Shown: positions 59,686-64,000 of the stretch, in pieces
How the letters are laid out: each line of letters opens with the position of its first letter
Position numbering within the stretch: position 1 is the first letter of the stretch
From: Desulfurococcales archaeon
GTDB lineage: Archaea; Thermoproteota; Thermoprotei_A; Sulfolobales; Desulfurococcaceae
Length of the DNA: 64,000 nt
Assembly: GCA_027022365.1 (NCBI GenBank)
Contig: JALVYU010000031.1
Span: 32,001 to 96,000, forward strand
Direction of reading: 5' to 3'
The notes under the pieces: model-generated
What the model was told of the DNA's origin: nothing
The model's database searches: none
What the model saw: only the letters and a program-made list of their open reading frames with translations
Position numbers and translations under genes: made by a program

Positions 59686-60429
59686 CTAGTATACGAGCTT
59701 CTCTGGCTTCTCGACGACGATACCGTTTCTTGTTAAGTGGTATTTGAACGGGTTCCTTGGATACCTTGTCTTGATACACCTTGTGATCTCGAAGTACCTA
59801 ATCGTCTGATCCAGATCTGATATCCTGTGGAGGGTGATGACCACGTCGGGCAACTGCTTCATAAAAGTCTCCGTATACTTGTCTTTGACTCCTTCTGTAT
59901 AGACCAGCATGTATATTCCATTGTATTTCCGGGCCTCAGCATGTAATCTCTCTATGAAGTATGGTATTTTCTCCTTCGGCGCCGTGAAGAATATAGTTGA
60001 AACATGGCTGAATACGAGCCGTGCTTTCTCTGCGTCCTCGAATACTTCTCTTTCCGCCATCACTATTGTCCTGATCACTTCGTCTAGGTCGAAGGGGTTT
60101 TCGAGAAGGTACTGGGCGCTGCTCTCAACACCCACTCTTGGAGAGAACCCATCTATAAATACTAGTTTATCCTCGTAGAAGAACTTCCGGGCATCCCATC
60201 CATACTTAGCCATGTTATCTAATAGGTCGTCGGGGAAAGCATCAACTGTAATGTATATTGCTTTCTCCCCGTGTTTTAGACCGTGATACATTATCTGTTG
60301 TGCGAACGTATTCTTATTAGTGCCTATGTCGCCTGTGATGAGCACAGAGGACGGTCTTGGGAACCCGCCTTCGAGGATCTCGTCTAGGGCGGGGATCCCT
60401 GTAGATGCACGATCTATGGTTTTGGCCAT
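59686..60429 (-). CDS. KaiC/RAD55 family protein with degenerate ATPase motifs
   Basis: STGIPALDEILEGGFP; Walker A GDIGTNKNT; Walker B position LVFSHVS; no KxR finger. Confidence 0.88.
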   Translation of the reverse strand: MAKTIDRASTGIPALDEILEGGFPRPSSVLITGDIGTNKNTFAQQIMYHGLKHGEKAIYITVDAFPDDLLDNMAKYGWDARKFFYEDKLVFIDGFSPRVGVESSAQYLLENPFDLDEVIRTIVMAEREVFEDAEKARLVFSHVSTIFFTAPKEKIPYFIERLHAEARKYNGIYMLVYTEGVKDKYTETFMKQLPDVVITLHRISDLDQTIRYFEITRCIKTRYPRNPFKYHLTRNGIVVEKPEKLVY

Positions 60430-60500
60430 GACCTACTACCATACCTTATATTTTAAATAATATTTTAAATATCCCTGTATTAATGCTGTGCTGTTTTTGT

Positions 60501-60583
60501 TTTTCACTCAATAGTGAAAATCTTATATATTGAAGGAATACAGATCATAATATAATAGAGCTATTTTCACTACAGGGTGAAAA
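60501..60583. promoter_or_regulatory. Two TTTTCAC-N6-GTGAAAA palindromes flanking a TATA box (candidate TrmB operators)
   Basis: TTTTCACtcaataGTGAAAA 60501-60520, TTATATAT 60523-60530, TTTTCACtacaggGTGAAAA 60564-60583. Confidence 0.75.
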
Positions 60584-62067
60584 GTGTCTTGTCGATAGCC
60601 AAGGACAAGCCTAAGAGCGAGAAAATCCTAAACATGATCGGGTTCCCGATAGCACTAATAGTGTTCGTCGCCATTCTTCTCATGCCAACGCCTGCAGGCC
60701 TCACGGCCCAGGGTCAACGAGCACTGGCGGTGTTCTGGCTGGCCTTCGTCCTATGGCTGACAACACCCATACCAGTCTGGCTTACATCGATGTTAGCAAT
60801 AGTTCTTCTAGCACTGACTGGTGGATGGGACTACAAGCAAGCATTCTACCAGTTCGGACAAGAAGTCATATGGCTAATGGTCGCCGCATTCATAATCGCG
60901 AGTGCTCTCGAGAGGAGCGGTATTGGTAAAAGAATCGCTTATAGCATGGCATTATGGTTCGGTCGTTCAGCAAAAATGACTCTATTGGGCTTCATAATAC
61001 TAAACATAGTCCTAGCATTCGTTGTCCCAAGCACTACAGCACGTGCAGCCATAGTTTTACCAATAGCTCTTCTCATGGCTCAGGCGTATGGCGCCAAGCC
61101 CGGTGAGAGCAAGTTCGGCAAACTCCTCATGCTACAGCAGCCGATAGCGAACAACCTAGCCACGGCGATGATATTAACAGCTACAGCTCCACAGATAATT
61201 GCATGGGGCTTCATATCGACTCTGGCCGGCGTAGAGGTCCCATGGATCACATGGCTCATTGCTCAGGCACCAATAGTATTGATAACATTATTCCTGATGT
61301 GGCTCGTCGGCCTCAAACTATGGAAGCCTGAGGTCGATAAGCCTCTAGGGGGAATCGATAAGATAAGGGAGGAGCTAAGAAAGCTTGGGCCTATGACCAG
61401 AGAAGAGAAGACAGCGCTAGCGATATTCGCCCTAGTAGTATTCCTATGGGCTACCGACAAGATACAGCCACTCATGTTCTGCGGCCTCAAGATACCTTAT
61501 AGCGTGGCAGCAGTGATAGGTGCGATACTATTGTTCATGCCGAAAATAGGGCCTCTCAAGAGTTGGAAAGACGCCAAGATACCGTGGGACCTAATGGTGT
61601 TCAGTGCCGGAGCATATGCTGTAGGCATGGCGTTAGAGGATACTGGCGCGGCCAAGTGGATGGCCACCGCTCTGATCAACGCCACAGGGCTCTCACAGGG
61701 CGTACACCCGTATGTCGCGTACGTTATCCTAGTAGGCATAATGATGTACAGCCACATAATATTCAGTAGCAAGACGGTTAGAACGGTAATATTTATACCG
61801 TTGTACATCATACTTGCCGAGAGCCTCGGCATACCTCCAGTAATGATAGCGCTGCCTGCTGCATTCACTATTGCCTGGACCATAAGCCTGCCGTTCAACT
61901 GTAAGCCTAACCTAATATACTATGGTACCGGATACTTCAATGTCACAGACGAGTTCCTATACGGTATCATAACGTGTACGATCGGCTATATACTGTACCT
62001 GACGATTGGCTGGGCATGGTTCAACTTCCTAGGAGGAATAGGAATGATACCTGGCTGGACAGGGTGA
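60577..62067 (+). CDS. DASS (SLC13) family divalent anion transporter
   Basis: PSTTARA, LTATAPQ, IPWD, ALEDTGAAKW, PNLIYYGTG; many TM helices. Confidence 0.9.
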   Translation: MKSVLSIAKDKPKSEKILNMIGFPIALIVFVAILLMPTPAGLTAQGQRALAVFWLAFVLWLTTPIPVWLTSMLAIVLLALTGGWDYKQAFYQFGQEVIWLMVAAFIIASALERSGIGKRIAYSMALWFGRSAKMTLLGFIILNIVLAFVVPSTTARAAIVLPIALLMAQAYGAKPGESKFGKLLMLQQPIANNLATAMILTATAPQIIAWGFISTLAGVEVPWITWLIAQAPIVLITLFLMWLVGLKLWKPEVDKPLGGIDKIREELRKLGPMTREEKTALAIFALVVFLWATDKIQPLMFCGLKIPYSVAAVIGAILLFMPKIGPLKSWKDAKIPWDLMVFSAGAYAVGMALEDTGAAKWMATALINATGLSQGVHPYVAYVILVGIMMYSHIIFSSKTVRTVIFIPLYIILAESLGIPPVMIALPAAFTIAWTISLPFNCKPNLIYYGTGYFNVTDEFLYGIITCTIGYILYLTIGWAWFNFLGGIGMIPGWTG

Positions 62068-62073
62068 TAAGCC

Positions 62074-62997
62074 ATGAGGAACCTGATAATAGCCTACATA
62101 CTCCTCGTCGCAGTAATATTCTCGATGATATTGCCCCTGGCATCATCGGGAACAGTGATAAGAGGAGTACTGTATAGGTTCGACGTACAAAAGATCGTTA
62201 AACTAACGCATAGTGGAAAGAGCTATGGAGGAATAGTCTTCTACCTCACCGTAACCTTCAGGATAGCGAACTATACTGATACAAACCTAGTAGTACCGCT
62301 AGGAATACCGTTCGTGACATCCTCCAAGTACAAAGGAGCAGTTGATCCGAAACTCGTGTCATACCAGGTGATCTATGAGGGCAAGAACATAGCGGAGTCA
62401 GCAACATTCATCTACAAACCACTCTCAAGAGTTGAGATTAAGCTATCCAAGCCTATAACAGGGCAGGACTACGCTATTGTAAACATAACAGTACTAGGAA
62501 CAGTAAAGTCGACCTCTAAGCTATATGTGACAAAGGATTATAAGTATTATAAAGACTACAAGCCAGCCTCCAACAAGATCATGGCCCTGGACATCATTAA
62601 CTTCTGGTACAGCACAACATGGTGCACAGACACGATCAATGGAGAGAAGGTCCCCGGTATAAGAGTAGTAGTTCTAGCACCCAAGGGTTGGCAGATACTC
62701 TACGCAAGAACATCATTATCTTCCAAGCTAAGATACATGGACATACACAAGATATATGAGAAGGACGATAGACAAGTAGTAGAGCTATGGTATCTCAGCT
62801 CAAAAACGATCAAGCCTACTAGCTTCAAGCCAGGTTCAGTATTCACTATCGAGATAGGCTTCACACCATTCTCAGACTACCGCAGCCCCGTAACACTAGC
62901 AGTATCAATAATCCTACTGATCCTAGCCGGGTTCTTCGCATGGTACTATAGAGACATATGGAAATACACGACACGCAAGACTAGTCTACAAAAATAA
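62074..62997 (+). CDS. Secreted protein with C-terminal membrane anchor
   Basis: Signal peptide, beta-rich body, C-terminal TM helix and basic tail. Confidence 0.75.
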   Translation: MRNLIIAYILLVAVIFSMILPLASSGTVIRGVLYRFDVQKIVKLTHSGKSYGGIVFYLTVTFRIANYTDTNLVVPLGIPFVTSSKYKGAVDPKLVSYQVIYEGKNIAESATFIYKPLSRVEIKLSKPITGQDYAIVNITVLGTVKSTSKLYVTKDYKYYKDYKPASNKIMALDIINFWYSTTWCTDTINGEKVPGIRVVVLAPKGWQILYARTSLSSKLRYMDIHKIYEKDDRQVVELWYLSSKTIKPTSFKPGSVFTIEIGFTPFSDYRSPVTLAVSIILLILAGFFAWYYRDIWKYTTRKTSLQK

Positions 62998-63046
62998 TTT
63001 TTTCCTTCATAGAGCACTTTATCACCGCGATGGAGGTGCCTGAGGC

Positions 63047-64000
63047 ACGGAGCTCACATTTCTCGGAGGATACCGTGAACAGGGGCGCTCCTCTCTCCTA
63101 ATATCTACCAGGAGGACAAACGTTCTCTTAGATGCTGGTATTAAGAAGGAGTATAGCGGTAATTACTACGGCGTCCCCCCGTACCTGGACATGGTTGATC
63201 CCGAGAATCTCGACGCGGTATTTGTGTCGCATCTACATGAAGACCATATGGCTATGATCCCCTACCTGGTTAGGAGAGGATATAGTGAACCAATATACAT
63301 GACAAGGCCAACCCGAGAACTAGGCGTCAAACAATGGGTTAAATGGGCAAGGATACTCGAGGAGGATGGACGCAGTCTATACAGCGTAACCGACGCCGTT
63401 AATGCTGAGAGGCTGATCAGGGAGGTAAGGTATGGCGATGTAATAGAAATAGGGGATCTAAGGATCACTATAGGCCTCGCAGGACATGCTCTAGGTTCAG
63501 CCCACTTCCTGGTAGAGGAAAAGAAGGGAAAGAAACTCCTATACCTCGCAGATGTGAATAAGGGATCCCATGTTCTCCGAGACTTTGAAGAACCCAAGAC
63601 CAGACCTGACGCAATGATCATTAATGCTTCTTATGGAGACAATATCATAGACATGGAGGCGACTAAGAGGAAGCTCGCCGAGATACTGGGTCATACTCTC
63701 CTTGAGGGCTCTGTCCTGTTCCCGGTAACTCCGACTGGTAGGGCCCAGGAAACACTTATGATCCTATATAGTATCAGAGATAAGATCAAGGACACAACGA
63801 TAATAGCTACAGAAAAGATCAGGAAAGCCACCGAAACCCTTAACAAATACCAGGGCGAGCTGAAGGAGACATATATGGAACAAATAAGAGAGGTTCTTGA
63901 AGACATTGTCTTTGCTAAGGAGGAGGAAATACTCGAAGCCGCTGGAAAGCCTGGCTACATTATCTTGGCGGAAGACCTCATGATGATGGGGTTCTCCCGC
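63047..64000 (+). CDS. MBL-fold beta-CASP hydrolase (partial; apparent ACG start)
   Basis: Manual translation (T/M)ELTFLGGYREQGRSSLL...LLDAG...SHLHEDH...AGHALGS...GRAQE; open to the window end; not in the ORF track. Confidence 0.85.

Noticed and set aside
773-63906. Many short or antisense ORFs in the track (e.g. 773-1207, 16930-17484, 18454-19215, 23524-24060, 28606-29232, 48585-49172, 52237-52764, 63262-63621)
   Set aside because: Shadow frames of well-supported genes, with no recognisable motifs
1-64000. CRISPR arrays, tRNAs, rRNAs, IS elements
   Set aside because: No regularly spaced repeats, T-loop/cloverleaf signatures or transposase motifs were seen by eye; a tRNAscan-SE/Infernal run would be needed to exclude them fully

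Overview
Gene-dense archaeal chromosome segment, most likely a hyperthermophilic crenarchaeon of the Desulfurococcales type (crenarchaeal SSB, GGTG/GGAGG Shine-Dalgarno sites, NreA, geranylgeranyl reductase, box C/D RNAs with crenarchaeal 16S-like targets). About 65 coding regions, mostly housekeeping (lipid, sugar and nucleoside metabolism, DNA repair, TldDE, BirA, dUTPase, ApgM). No tRNA, rRNA, CRISPR array, integrase or transposase was recognised. Highlights: (1) a ~15.7 kb locus (24.8-40.5 kb) where a putative kinase-free signalling module (two multi-pass membrane proteins with degenerate RecA/DUF835-like tails around an intact KaiC/RAD55 ATPase, a PATAN/DUF2226-like protein and an ACT-V4R sensor) adjoins a type IV pilus system carrying a DUF2341 + legume-lectin adhesin; (2) a degenerate KaiC paralogue paired with a TrmB regulator, divergent from a DASS transporter operon, with two TTTTCAC-N6-GTGAAAA palindromes around the TATA box; (3) a radical SAM/SPASM enzyme that may be a GMGT synthase; (4) features missing from the ORF track: two well-supported and one weaker box C/D sRNA, a 58-aa gene, and a beta-CASP gene whose only suitable start codon is ACG. 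All family assignments come from motif recognition by eye; no database searches were run.
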